Part shown: piece after piece, positions 10,507 to 22,706 of the stretch | Layout of the letters: each line of letters opens with the position of its first letter | Numbering within the stretch: position 1 is the stretch's first letter | Assembly: GCA_963813715.1 (NCBI GenBank) | Contig: CAWFAK010000018.1 | Location: forward strand, 1 to 64,000 | From: an uncultured Planctomycetaceae bacterium | Lineage (GTDB): Bacteria > Planctomycetota > Planctomycetia > Planctomycetales > Planctomycetaceae | Direction: 5' to 3' | DNA: 64,000 nt | Made by a program: the position numbers and the translations under genes | Notes under the pieces: generated by a model | The model's database searches: none | What the model saw: only the letters and a program-made list of their open reading frames with translations | Told to the model about the DNA's origin: nothing

Positions 10507-11001
10507 ATGAACCGCTGGAGACTCGCGCTTGTCTGTGTTGCTGGCGTCGTGATCCTACTTCGTTTTGGATACAGCCGAAGCAAGTCACCCGACCGGGTGA
10601 TTCAGGTGAGCGAACACGACCCAAAGATGAACGCGGCCATCGAGAAAGCCCGCGCTTCGGTCGACACGTTCATTGCCGCGCTCAAAGCGCCGAAGCCCGG
10701 TCAGACTGGGTTCAATGTGAAGAAGAAATTCGAGGACGGCCGCCAGGTCGAACACATCTGGCTCGATCAGGTGACCTACGACGGCACCAACTTTGAGGGA
10801 ATTATCGCCAACGATCCGGAGATGGTGAAAAACGTCAAGAACGGGCAGAGAGTGACGGTGACACCCGCAGAAATCAGCGATTGGATGTATATCGATCACG
10901 GAAAATTGGTCGGCGGCGAAACGGTTCGCGTGTTGCTCGAAGGCCTCTCCCCGGCGGAGCGCGACAAATTCAAGAAGAGCGTCGACTTCAGTGTCGAATA
11001 A
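10507..11001 (+). CDS. DUF2314 (YegJ-like) protein
   Basis: DPKMNAAIEKARASVDTF, FNVK..F....EHIWL, GIIANDP, ISDWMY..GKLVGG.T. Confidence 0.85.
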   Translation: MNRWRLALVCVAGVVILLRFGYSRSKSPDRVIQVSEHDPKMNAAIEKARASVDTFIAALKAPKPGQTGFNVKKKFEDGRQVEHIWLDQVTYDGTNFEGIIANDPEMVKNVKNGQRVTVTPAEISDWMYIDHGKLVGGETVRVLLEGLSPAERDKFKKSVDFSVE

Positions 11002-11015
11002 ACTTCCGTCGACGG

Positions 11016-12931
11016 TTAGTCCCAGCTGCCCATCTCGATAGTGACGCTGACGGGCTTTCCGTGCCGCTGGAGCTTGGCGGCGACCTTCTGCCCGGGCTTG
11101 AGGGTGAACGTCAAGGCCCGAAGCGTCCGAAAATCGGAGACCGGCTCGCCCGCGAATTCCACCAGCACATCTTTCTCGGCCAATCCCGCGCGGGCCGCCG
11201 GAGAATTGGCGTGGACCACGGCGACTTTCAAGCTCCCCAGGTCGGATTCAAAGCCCGCGCCAAGATACGCTTCCGAGATGCGGTCCACGTTGATTTCCGG
11301 ACGTCTCTTGTGCAACTCCTCGAGCGCCTGATCCGACACTCGGCCGCGACCTCGGACGAGAAAATGGCTAAGAGGCAAGTACCAGACGAGACGCAGATCG
11401 CGATCAGTGCCTTTCCACTTGTCTCCGAGAATGATCAGTTCGACCTCAGGTCCGGCGACATCTGAGTCCGGTTTCGCCGGTTTGGCGGCCTTGAATCGCA
11501 ATTGAGCCCAATTTCCCCAGAGCGAGGATCGCCGCCTGATCGTCCGCCGCGCATTGACCCGCCGCATCGTGCAGCTCTTGAAGATCGGAGTCGGTCACCT
11601 TGAACGTCGTCGATTGAAACACGTCGGATTCGACGGTGTTTCTTACCTCGTACGTAATCACCACCAGGCGATCGTCAGGTTTGACGTTGTCGGTAAGATC
11701 GATGATCGATTTGATAGCATCGCGAACCGAATTGCCGCTCCCGATTTCGACTTCCCGCAAGAGGCAGCCTGGCGAAATCTCACCCGGTTGCTGCATTGGA
11801 TCGGTGCGCTTCACGCAAGCCAAAATCAACACTCCGCGGTCCGTGGCAAGGTCGTAGGCCGATCGCAACTCGGGCGTGACATCGGCAAGCTCCATTCCCA
11901 GCACTCGGTAAGTCTTCAGGTCTTTGGGAAACGGGATCGACTGCAATGAGAATCTTGAGAATCCGTGCGATCGCCGGCTAGCACGAGCGGAACGCGCGTT
12001 TTTTCTTTGATGTGCCCGGCGAGGATGGTGAGAGTCGCAGGACCGTCGGCCATCCCGCGGATTACAAACTTTCCCCGTTCGTCAGCCATGCCTGCTTTTA
12101 AACAGCGTCCGCCTGGCTCGACCGCCTTGACCGTCACCCGGGGGACAGGTTTGTTGGCTGCGTCGAGCACAACTCCCGATAGCGTATGCCCGTTTTTGAG
12201 GACGATACGCAGCGCCGTCCGTTGCCGCGGCGTAAGCGTGTAGACATCGGGGATCGTGGAGGTGACGAAGTCGGGGTGGGAGCAGGAGACGCACCCGCGG
12301 CTGGCTTCCCCCTCGACCTTCTGCGGCCTCTCAGGAAAGGCAAAGATTTCGAACGAACCGTCCGGCTTAGTATCGGTTTCCTCGAACTCGAATTGTCGGC
12401 CACTCGCCGTGACGGCTTCGGGAGAAATCCTTGCTCCAGGGATCGGCTTTCCTTGTTCGTCGACGACGGTACCGGCGACGTAGAGAGCAGCGTGGAGGGA
12501 TAAGTTGACTTTGAGTTGCCCACCGGGCTTCAAGATGGGCAGGGTGCTGTCAGCGCCCAACGAAACGCGTAACAATCGCTGGTAGCCCGGGTGAGTTGCG
12601 AGGATATAGAAGCTGTTCCCTGCCTCGAGCCGCGGAATCTCGACCCGGTAGTCTCCGCTGGCTGTCGATTTGGCCAGGAATTGCCTCGTGATCCCGTTAA
12701 GGTTCGTCACCTCGACTTCGATGCGCACGTCGGCTATTGGCTTGTCACTCTCGTTTGTCACATGCCCGCTGAGGCTTGCGGCGGCGGGGGTGATCGGTTG
12801 CGCCCGGGCGCTTTTTTGGGGGCCGGATTTGGCCCGTCCGACCGTGCCTCGACGCGTGACGCCGCGAGAACGATGGTGATGATCGCGACACGGAGAGCGC
12901 GCCAGCCGCGCTTTGGCCTTTGGTCGGACAT
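11016..12931 (-). CDS. Exported protein with carboxypeptidase-regulatory-like repeats and PDZ-like domains (three frameshifts near 12815, 11950, 11505)
   Basis: Signal-like MSDQRPKRGWRALRVAIITIVLAA after AGGAAG; three (L/V)xGxVxDxxxKP repeats; LGMELADVTPEL and C-terminal VHANSPAARAGLAEKDVLVEFAGEPV. Confidence 0.7.
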
Positions 12932-13115
12932 ACACTTCCTCGCGTCCTGCGTGTCGTGCCAAAACGGCGACAGCCGGCCATCCATCGCACCGGATGCGGG
13001 TGCTTCGAACAAATGTTGCCCGAACCCTTTCGCAAAGTGTTCGTCATTATAGGAAATCGCAGTCCGACGTCGGCACACGGATCGCATAAAAGTGCTCTCA
13101 AGTTAAAGGAAATGC

Positions 13116-13948
13116 ATGTCCCCCAATCGGCAACTGTTTAACGAGAATTTTCCCCGGGCTTCGCAATACAACCCCGAATGGGTCCTGGCTCATGCCAGCG
13201 GCGGGGCCAATTCGCTGTGGCTGACGGAGTGGCTGACGAGCGCGCTCGACTTGCGGCCCGGGATGCGCGTGCTCGACCTGGGCTGCGGCCGCGCTTCCTC
13301 ATCGATCTTTCTGCGTTGCGAATTCGGCGTACAGGTTTGGGCGACCGACTTGTGGTTCAGCGCGGGCGAGAACATTCAGCGGATCCGCGATGCCGGCGTG
13401 GATGACGGCGTCTTTCCGCTGCACTGCGACGCCCACTCGCTGCCGTTCGCGCCGGAGTTCTTTGACGCCATCGTGTGCATCGACTGCTATCCCTACTTTG
13501 GGACGGACGATCTTTATCTCAACTATCTGGCCCAATTCGTGAAGCCCGGACGCCCGATCGGCATTGCCGGCGTCGGACTGATGCAGGAGATCGAAGGGGG
13601 AGTTCCGGAACATCTGCGGCCGATGTGGGGCCAGGATTTTTGGTCCATTCACTCGGCCGGCTGGTGGAGGCGGCACTGGGAACGGACGGGCATCCTGGCG
13701 ATCGACGTCGCGGACAATATGCCGGACGGCTGGCATCGCTGGCTCGAATGGCAATACGCGGTTGCGCCCGACAATGCGGCGGAAATCCAGGCGCTTGAGG
13801 CCGACGCTGGCCGAAATTTCGGCTACATCCGCGTCGTCGGCCGGCGGCAAAGCGGCGTGAAGCTGGAAGAATATTGCTGGCCGGACGCTCTGCGCTCCTT
13901 CCCCAGCAGTACACGAAAAAGCCTTTGCTCCGCGGCGATAATTCTTGA
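13116..13948 (+). CDS. Class I SAM-dependent methyltransferase (probable frameshift near 13900)
   Basis: LRPGMRVLDLGCGRA motif I; DAHSLPFAPEFFDAIV. The natural-looking end YTKKPLLRGDNS* is in the shifted frame; the uncorrected ORF runs to 14021. Confidence 0.85.
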
Positions 13949-14067
13949 GTTGCCGGTCGGATCTCGCGGACGTGCGCTTGCCATTTTCGCGGGCGGCAAA
14001 TGTTGCGATTGGTTACAATGACCCGCGTTCGGTTGACCCTTCAATCCTCTCTCGGAGGAACGCCCGC

Positions 14068-14459
14068 GTGTCGACCACCATCACCATCCGCGACGAGACG
14101 ACCACTGGCGAGTCGGCCAACGAGTGGACGCTCGAAGTTCTCTCCGAATCGATGACCGTGCGCGAAATCATTCGCAGCCGCGTCTATCAGGAAGTGCAGG
14201 ACTACAACCTGCAAAACGCGGGCGAGTTCCGCGGGCTCGTGCAGCCGGCGCCGCCCAGGAATTGGTGAGCGGACTCAGTCGCCGAAAGACGCCCATCGAT
14301 TGGCATGAGCAATTCGACAAGGCGATCGAAGCCTTCGAGAAGCGGCAGATTCTCGTGCTGGTCAACGATCGGCAGGCAGCCTCGCTCGACGAGTCGTTTC
14401 AGATCGGGCCCAAAACGGTCGTCTGCTTCTTGCGACTCACCCTGCTGGTCGGCGGCTGA
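14068..14459 (+). CDS. About 130-aa putative ubiquitin/MoaD-like (beta-grasp) protein ending in LVGG; frameshift near 14255
   Basis: GTG start 8 nt after GGAGGA; joins ORFs 13945-14268 and 14124-14459; C-terminus ILVLVNDRQAASLDESFQIGPKTVVCFLRLTLLVGG*. Confidence 0.75.
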
Positions 14460-14483
14460 CCTTTATCGCTGAGGGCGACGGAA

Positions 14484-17243
14484 ATGGAGCCGTTCGATTC
14501 CGAGTCTCGGCGAGCCTCCCCGTCGGACGATCAACGGCACACTGCGGCACCGATCGACAGCCCGAGTTCGGCGCCCGATGCGGCGTCGTCGGGGGCCGAG
14601 CGCCTGCTACACGCGTTCATCGTGCGGACGATCGGCAAGCCCCTCGCAGGAGATCCTCCCGGCAAACGGTAAAACGAGCGAGGACCCCGCAGCGCCTACC
14701 GTCATGTCAGCGTTACTCTTCGACCGGTATTTTGGATGGTTTGCCCTCATTCCACTGCGTCTCAGAGAGCCGCTCCTCAAGGAAACGCCGGAATGGAACG
14801 AGGCCATGGCCCTGAGCCCTGATGGTCGGTCGCAGGTCGTTCGCACGGCGATCGGCGTTCTGCGATCGCTGCAATCGGGGCGGTTTGCCGTTTTGGCGGA
14901 GGTTGGCGGTGCGCGGCCCGAGCTTCGACATGCCGACACGTTGCGGGCGAACGCTCAGGCCTTTCGCGTCGTGTCCTGCCTGCTTGCCGCGCTGCTCAAA
15001 GGCAAACTGAAGTCGACCGACGCCGATCTGACCGAGCTTGTTTTGCTGGCCGCCGACAGGACGCCGGGTTCGGGGCTGCTCATCCCGGCCGTTCCGATCG
15101 TGGTCGCGCTGGAAAAATTCTGTGCCGCGAACGTCCCCTCCGAAGCGCTCTGCGAAGCGTGCCGAAAGTTTCAGGGGCTTGTTCCGGCGAGAAATCGCGA
15201 GTACGGCCGGCTCGAAAAAATCATCGCTTCGCGGCAAAAGGATAACAGCAAGCCGGCGATTCCAATCACCCTCGAGCCGGGCGAGCCTTGGTCGGAAGCG
15301 GCACTCGCCGCGCTGGCCGCCCTGCCTGAGGATGAGTGTCGCAAGTGGGTCGAACTGTTGAGCCATTGCCAGGGGCTTTCTGCCGCGGCTCCCTCGAAGA
15401 AATGGCGCGACGACGCGGTCAAACGGGTCGATGCGGTCGGTCTCGACGCGTTCCGCACGCGAGTCGGCGAATGGTTTGGCCTCTACGTGAAGACCGACGC
15501 AAGCTCGCCGCTGGCCCCGTACAGCATCAATGAGGTCGTCGATCGTGCGGCCCGTCGCGCGATCATCCGCCGCGAGCACGACAATCTCCTCAAAGGGCTG
15601 GCCTGGTGCTGTGGCCAGTACGACGACGAGCGGATCGCCGAGGCGGTCCTCACGTTGGGGCTGACCGCGTACAAAAAGATCCCCAACATCGGACCGCTTT
15701 CGATCAAAGTCGGGAACGCGGCAATCGGGGCACTGGGTGCGATGCCGGGGACTCATGGAGTCGGCCGCCTTGCCGTGCTGCAAGCCAAGCTCAAGTCGCC
15801 CTCCGGACGCAACATGGTCGGGAAAGTGATCGCAGCGGCGGCCGAGCGGCTGCAGATTTCCGAAGGCGATCTCGACGAACTGGCAGTTCCCGCGTACGGG
15901 CTGGGCAGGGGAGGAGTTCGTCGACAAACGCTCGCGGGCGTTACCGTCGAACTCGCTATCGTCTCCTCGACCGGGGCGGAATTGCGATTCCGGCGCGGAC
16001 GACAAACCGTTGAAGTCGGCTCCGACCGAGATTCGCCGCAATCACGCCAGCGATCTTAAAGAGCTCAAAGCCGCGGTCAAACAAATCGAAACCAGCCTGG
16101 GGGCCCACCGGCAACGACTCGACACGCTGTTTCGCCGCACGAAGTCATGGGACTATCCGACCTGGCGGGCCCGCTATCTCGACCATCCTCTGTTGGGAAC
16201 GCTCGCACGGCGATTGATCTGGCGGTTCACGCGCGGCGACGAAAACCACGCCGCGATTTTCCACGACGGCCAATTGGTCACGGCCGACGACACGCCACTC
16301 GCGGCCCCGCTCGAACAGTCGACCGTCACGCTTTGGCACCCGCTCGAAGAACCACGCGAACGCGTCGCCACCTGGCGCGACTGGCTCGAACGCCACCTGG
16401 TGCAGCAGCCGTTCAAGCAGGCGCATCGGGAGATTTATGCCCTCACCGACGCCGAGCGCCAGACGCACACCTACTCGAACCGCTTTGCCTCTCACATTGT
16501 GCGACAGCACCAGTTGAACTGCGCTGTGCGAATCGCGCGGCTGGCAGAGCCGCCTGCTCTTGTTGCACGCCGATAACGCCTTTTTTCCGCCGAGGCTCGC
16601 GCTCCCCGAGTGGAACCTGCTGGCCGAATTCTGGGTCAACGAGTCGGACATGGCGGAAAGCCAGATGGGAGTCGCCCTGCATTTGGCGACCGATCAGGTC
16701 CGGTTCTATCACGCCGATCGCGACGGCGCCGTCGGCGACCCGGTGCCACTCGAAGAGGTCGCCCCAATCGTCTTTTCGGAAGTCATGCGCGACGTCGACC
16801 TGTTCGTCGGCGTCTCGAGCATCGGCAACGACCCCACTTGGGCCGACGGCGGTGCCGTCCACCGGAACGCGGAAGCCTGGAATGCCTTCGCCTTCGGCGC
16901 ATTGTCCGAATCGGCCAAAGTGCCGCAAAGAGGTGCTGGAGCGAATCATCCCCCGCCTGCAGATTGCCGAGCGGTGCACGTTCGAGGGGCGATTCCTGAT
17001 CGTGCGCGGCGACCTATGACCTACAAAATTCATCTCGGGAGCGGCAACATCTTGATGTCTCCCAACGATCAGTACCTGTGCATCGTGCCCGACCGATCCT
17101 CGACGACCGCCGCGACGGGCCCGATTTATCTTCCGTTCGAGGGCGACGGGATGCTTTCGATCATTTTGAGCAAGGCTTTGCTCCTGGCGGACGACAAGAA
17201 GATCAAAGATCCGTCGATTCGCGCACAGATCGCACGCTCTTGA
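14484..17243 (+). CDS. DUF4132 domain-containing protein, about 920 aa reconstructed (about five frameshifts near 14645, 15995, 16520, 16922, 17015)
   Basis: LDELAVPAYGL, WRARYLDHPLLGTLARRLIW, LWHP...WRDWLERHLVQQPFKQAHREIY, FSEVMRDVDLFVGVSSIGNDPTW, YKIHLGSGNILM...YLCIVP, LPFEGDGMLSIILSKALLLADD. Confidence 0.85.
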
Positions 17244-17360
17244 GGTGACGCTCGAGTTTCGGCCGAATCCGCATCGCCGCGAGAGAGGCCGAGGCATCGT
17301 GCACGTCCGCTCTCGGCACGATTGATTTCCGAGTCGTCGCGTTCTGAATGCGGCCCGTTC

Positions 17361-17400
17361 AAAAAAAAGCGGAACGCCGGACGTTTTCCGGTCGTTCCGC
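17361..17400 (-). terminator. Intrinsic terminator of the surface-protein gene
   Basis: Minus strand reads GCGGAACGACCGGA-AAACG-TCCGGCGTTCCGC followed by T8, 36 nt after the stop at 17437. Confidence 0.8.
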
Positions 17401-17436
17401 CAATAGTGCGTCTCGAGTTCCTTACGTCAGTGTTTG

Positions 17437-20400
17437 CTAAGACACCGTCTCTTGCAGTGCGGCCGAGGTGCTCGCGGCGAAGTTGGCGTCGCCGCTGTAT
17501 TTCACGGTGATCTTATAGGTGCCGGCCTTCTTGAAGGTGACCGGCAGCGTGGCTTGCCCCTGGCTGTTGATGGCCACTGTTCCCAGCGCCGTCGAGCCGG
17601 AGTAGAACGTCACCGTTCCCGTTGGAGCGACGCTGCCGGACGCGGTCGGCACGACCGTGGCCGTAAAGGTCACTTGCGTGTTGGCCGGCGGATCGCTGGG
17701 CCCGCCGACGCTCGACGTCGTTGCCGCCTTGTTCACCTTCTGATTGATGGCGATCGAGGTGCTCGTGCCGAAGTCCGTGGCTCCCTGGTAGACGGCGGTG
17801 ATCGAGTGGGTGCCGACTGCCAGTGACGACGTCGAATAGGTGGCCTGGCCGGAGCCGTTGAGGGTGCCGGGGCCGAGCTCCGTGCTGCCATCGTAGAAGA
17901 TGACCGAGCCGTTCGGCGTGCCGCTGCCCGGGGTCTTCACCGTGACCGTCGCCGTGAAGGTGACGTTCTGCCCGAAGGCGCTGGGGCTGCCCGACGACTT
18001 GACCACCGTTTTGGTCACGGCCTGGTTCACCGTTTGGCTAATCGCCGTCGATGTGCCGCCGACATAATTGCCGTCGCCGCTATAGACGACGGTGATCGAG
18101 TTCGAGCCGAGCGGCAGGCCGGACGTGGAATAGGTGGCCCTGCCCGAGCTGAGCGTTTCCTGCATCAGCGGCGTGCTGCCGTCGTAGAACGTCACCGTTC
18201 CGGTCGGCGTGCCGCTGCCGGGGCTGGTCGAAGCCACGATGGCAGTAAAGGTGACCGACTGGCCGAACACGGTGGTGGCGTCCGAGGTCTTGACGCTGAT
18301 CGCGGCGGGATCCGCCTTGACCGTCTGCGTGAGGATCGCGGAGGTGCTCGTCTCAAACTTCGTGTTGCCGGAATAGACCGCCGTGATCGAGTCCCCGCCG
18401 ACAGCCAGGGCAAAGGCGGTCGTCGTGTAAGTGGCCTTACCCGCGGTGCTGAGGGTGACGGTGGCTAACACCGTGGTGCCGTCCAAGAACTGGACGCTGC
18501 CGGTCGGCTTGGTCGAGCCAGTCACCACCGGGGCGACGGTGGCCGTAAACGTCACCTTCTGTCCGTAGGTGGAAGGATCGACGCTCGCGGCCAGCGTGGT
18601 GGTCGTCGCGCCGACGGACCAGGAGAAGGCTTGAGTCGTGCTGGCTCCCTGGCCGTCGCTGGCCGTGACCGAGCTGGCATACGTATTGGGCGAGCCGCTG
18701 ATTGTGCCGGTGATCAAGCCGCTACTGGCATTGATCGACAGGCCGCTCGGCAAGCCGCTGGCCGAATAGGTCCACGTGTCGCCCGTCGGCAAACCGCTCG
18801 CATGAATCTGCAGCGAGACGGCGGCCCCGAGGGCGCTGTTCTGAGAGCCGGGATTCGTCACCGAGAGCGTCGACACGTTCCAGGTAAAGCTCTGGCTGAC
18901 GCTGGCGCCTTCGCCATCGCCGGCCGTCACCGACGGCGAGTATGTGTTGGCCGAGCCGGTGATTGTGCCAGTGATCAACCCGCTGCTGGCATTGATCGAC
19001 AGGCCGCTGGGCAAGCCGCTGGCCGAATAGGTCCACGAATCGCCGCTGGGCAAACCGCTCGTCGCAATCGCCAACGAGACAGAGTCGCCCGACTGCGCCA
19101 TTCTGCGTGCCCGGGTTGGTCTCGGAGAGGACGGAGACGTTCCAGGTGAAGCTCTGCGTCGCGCTGGCGCCCTCACCGTCGCTGGCGGTCACCGAGGACG
19201 AATACGTGTTTGCCGAGCCCGTGATTGTGCCGGTGATCAACCCGCTACTGGCATTGATCGACAGGCCACCGGGCAAGCCGCTGGCCGAATAGGTCCACGA
19301 ATCGCCGCTGGGCAGACCGCTCGTCGCGATCGCCAACGAGACGGAGTCGCCCACTGCGCCATTCTGCGTGCCCGGGTTGGTCTCGGAGAGGACGGAGACG
19401 TTCCAAGTGAAACTCTGCGTCGTGCTGGCGCCTTCACCGTCGCTGGCCGTCACGGCGGACGAGTACGTGTTCGCTGAGCCGGTGATCGTGCCGGTGATCA
19501 AGCCGCTGCTGGCGTTGATCGACAGGCCACTGGGCAAGCCGCTGGCCGAATAGGTCCACGAGTCGCCCGTGGGCAGGCCGGTGGTCGCGATCGCCAGCGA
19601 GACGGAGTCGCCGACTGCGCCGTTCTGAGTGCCGGGGTTGGTCTCCGACAAAATGGAGACGTTCCAGGTGAAGCTTTGGGACGGCTCGTCTCCTTGGCCG
19701 TCGTTGGCGGTGACTGTCGCCGAGTAACTTTCGGCAGAGCCGGTGATCGTTCCCGTGATCAGACCCGAGCTCGCATTGATCGACAGGCCGCTGGGCAAGC
19801 CGGTGGCGGAGTACGTCCAGGTGTCGCTCGGGGCCAGGCCGCTGGCCTGGACTTGCAGCGAAACCGTATCGCCCACGGCGCTGTTTTGCGTGCCCGGGTT
19901 GGCAACGGCGGGCACGTATTCGTCGTAGGCGGTCGAAGTTCCGGTCGTGAAGTTCAAGTCCCCGCTATAGACGGCCGTGATGACGTTGGTGCCGCCCGGC
20001 AGGCTGGAGACGTTCAGAGTCGTGGTTTGGTCGGGATTCGGATTGGCCTCGTTGTCGAGGTTATTGAGGTTAGCGGTCCCCAGCAGCGTGCTGCCGTCGT
20101 AGAACGAGACCGTGCCGATCGGCACGAACGACGAGCCGTTGGGCGAGACGGTGGCGGTCAGGGTGATGCCGGTCCCTTGGCTGATCGGATTGGCCGAGGA
20201 CGTAACGCTCGTGGTCACGGTTTCGAGCACCGGCTCGTCGAGGATCGTTTGGCCGGGCGAATAGGTCGAATCGCCGCTGTACGAGGCGTAAATGTGATAG
20301 TGGTCCGCTACCAATCCGGAAACCTGAATCGACGCGACACCGTCGACAATGTTGGCCGTGCCGATCGGGACGGCCGTGGTGTCGTAGTTGAGCGGGTTAT

Positions 20401-22453
20401 TGGCGCCCTCGTAGTAACTGAAAGTCACCGTGCCGGTCGGCGTGGGGCCGCCATTGGTCGAGGCGAGTGTGGTCGTGAGCGTGATCGTGTTGCCGACGAC
20501 GGCGGGATCGACCGACGGAGCCGTGTTGATCGTGTAGTTCGTGTAGCCGCCTTCGGCAAACAGCTCCCCGCCGTTGTCGGAGAAGATTTCGCCGTTGGGC
20601 GCGATGGCCGTCGGCGTGTAGGGGACGCCGATGCCCGACGTGACTTCGACGGCGTCAGTGACGGTGTTGGTGCCCAGGTTCCACTCGTAGGTGTAGCCGT
20701 CTTCGTTGTTCATGAAGACGCTGTCGGTGGCCGGATCGACGACCGTGCCGTTGGTGCACCACTCGCGGACTGCGTCAGGGTCGCCGGCTTGGACGGCCGG
20801 CACGTCGGGCGAAGGGCTGGTGAAGGCCTCGACCGTGGCCATCACCTTGAAATTGGGATTGGGAAAACCGGGGTTCGGATTGTTGGGGTCGTAATTGGGA
20901 TCGGGGACAGCGGAATTCGGGTCGAGCACGGCGATTTCATTCACGCCGTTGTCGCCGTAATCACCCGAGTTGGGACCGCCGAAATCCGCGTTGGAGTAGT
21001 TGTTGTATTTGGAGAGGATCAAGTAGGTCGAAGTGCCGGTATAGGACGGGACCATCGACGCGGGGATGATCGAAGGCGTGTCGTCCCAGCCGAAGGCCCC
21101 CGGCGTGTACTCGGTGCTCAAGTCGCCCGAAAAGTGGAGCAGGTATCCGCGGGAACCGTTGTACGGATTGCCGAAGACGCCCTGGAAAACCGTGCCGTCG
21201 GGAGCAACCATCGGACTGGCCGTGCTCTCGTCGATCAGGCCGGCCCCTTGGCCGCTTGCGGGATCGAGCAGCTGCACCGAGGACACCGGCGCCATCGTCG
21301 TGGTGTTGAATCCGACGAGGTAAGAGTTGTATTCGCCGTTGCCGTTGAGCCCGTAGCCCGAGTCGTTGATGCCGAAGTAGACGATCGAGCCGTCGTTGCT
21401 GACCGCCGCCGAGGCCCCTTCAGCCGGGTTCCAGTTGCCGTCGTTGGACTGCCCGACGGCCGAGTAGGCCAGCGTGTCGGTGGCGACTCCCGAGGGAGTG
21501 ACTTTCACGACGCCGCCGTCGGTGATGCCCGAGGGATTCGACCCCGTCACGGTGAAGCCGAAGTAGACGTTGCCCGCGCTGTCGATCGTCAAACCGGTGT
21601 TGGTGTAGATCGATGAGTTGTAGGCCGATTCGTTGGCCAGGTAATTCGACGTGCCGTAGAACGCCTCCTGCACGATGGTCGGCGTCCCGGCCTGATCAGG
21701 ATTCGAGATGTAATCAAGCGTGCCGCCGGGGCCAGCGAAATAGACGCGGTTGGTCCCCGCGTCGTAGACCGGCTGGTAGGGGGGGAGCCAGCCGTAGTTC
21801 GGCTCGATGTAGCTGGTCTGGTTGGACGGGTTGAGGACCCACGTGCCGCCGCCGCTGTACGCTCCGTTGCCGCTCGTGCCTTGCAGCTGAAACGAGTTCG
21901 CGGTCACGTCCTCGATGGTAAACGTGCCGTTGGCCGCCGTATTCCCGTTGACGCCGCCGATCGTCACGCTGTCGCCGTTGACCAGACCGGTCGTCGAGCC
22001 GCTGATCACGATCGGGCCCGCGTTGCTGGCGCCGGTAATGGCGCCGGTCGGCTCGGTCGTCCACAGCACCTGGCCCGTGACGTCGTTGACCCCCTCGAGG
22101 AAAAAGTTCTGCGCGTTCTGGTCCTGCGCGCTCCAGGTGACCTTGATCGGGACAATCACGGTGTTGTTGGAGGTGAAGATGGGATCGCCATAGTGTTCCG
22201 CGCCCCATGGTTCCAAGTCGAGCGACACCGACCACAACACTTGATTGAGGGGCTGCGCCACGGCCTGCGACACACCCGTGTGCTGAGCGTTGCCGTTGAG
22301 CTGGTTCCAGACCGTCGCGGGGATGGCCGGCGTCGTCGTGCTCGCCGAGAGCAGCGCGCGATCCTCGAGTTGCTCGATCGCCGGCGTGTAAGCAGATCTA
22401 CGGACGGCCCGCTTCGTACGACGCTTCGGAAACCAGCGCAGCTGCAAAACCAT
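17437..22453 (-). CDS. Large secreted protein: LEPRxLL-type leader, propeller-like domain, Ig-like group-3 domains and five He_PIG-like repeats; frameshift near 19089
   Basis: RRTKRAVRR...IEQLEDRALLS; PTGTVTFYDGST...ITAVYSGD repeats; NPGTQNGAVGDSVSL...GLPSGLSINASSGLITGT repeats. The extra base is shown by a 262-bp versus 261-bp repeat spacing. Confidence 0.85.
18612..19910 (-). repeat. Five tandem 261-bp repeats, the central three highly similar at DNA level
   Basis: Marker GCCGAATAGG at 18761, 19022, 19284, 19545 (spacings 261, 262, 261). Confidence 0.9.
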
Positions 22454-22706
22454 GAAACTGTTCCCTGGGGCCCGCAAGGAGTTCAGTCAGAGAAAGATGA
22501 ACTCGACCAGCCTACGAAGCGGCCCGACCCTCAGCAAGCAGCCATTTTGCAATTTTGGGCAATCTGCGCAGACTGGTGTTCGAACGATCACGCGAGCGAG
22601 TCCGCGGACGCGAAATTGCCGAGGAATTTCGCCCTGGCGGACGGATTACAAAACCGTTTTGTTCCGGCGGCGTCACCTTCGCGATGGTCGCCAAACATGA
22701 CGGCGA

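Noticed and set aside
4158..19910. Ig-repeat arrays as CRISPR or DGR template/variable repeats
   Set aside because: They are in-frame 261-bp coding units with no spacers, cas genes or reverse transcriptase in the window.
19676..21616. Long antisense ORFs (646 aa here; also 26785-28323, 43399-44913, 47010-48629)
   Set aside because: Shadow ORFs opposite well-supported genes, expected in high-GC DNA, with no recognisable motifs.
21839..22045. E1 FCCH-like segment as the activating enzyme for the nearby VGG protein
   Set aside because: It is a small non-catalytic module inside a secreted protein; there is no ThiF/E1 adenylation motif.
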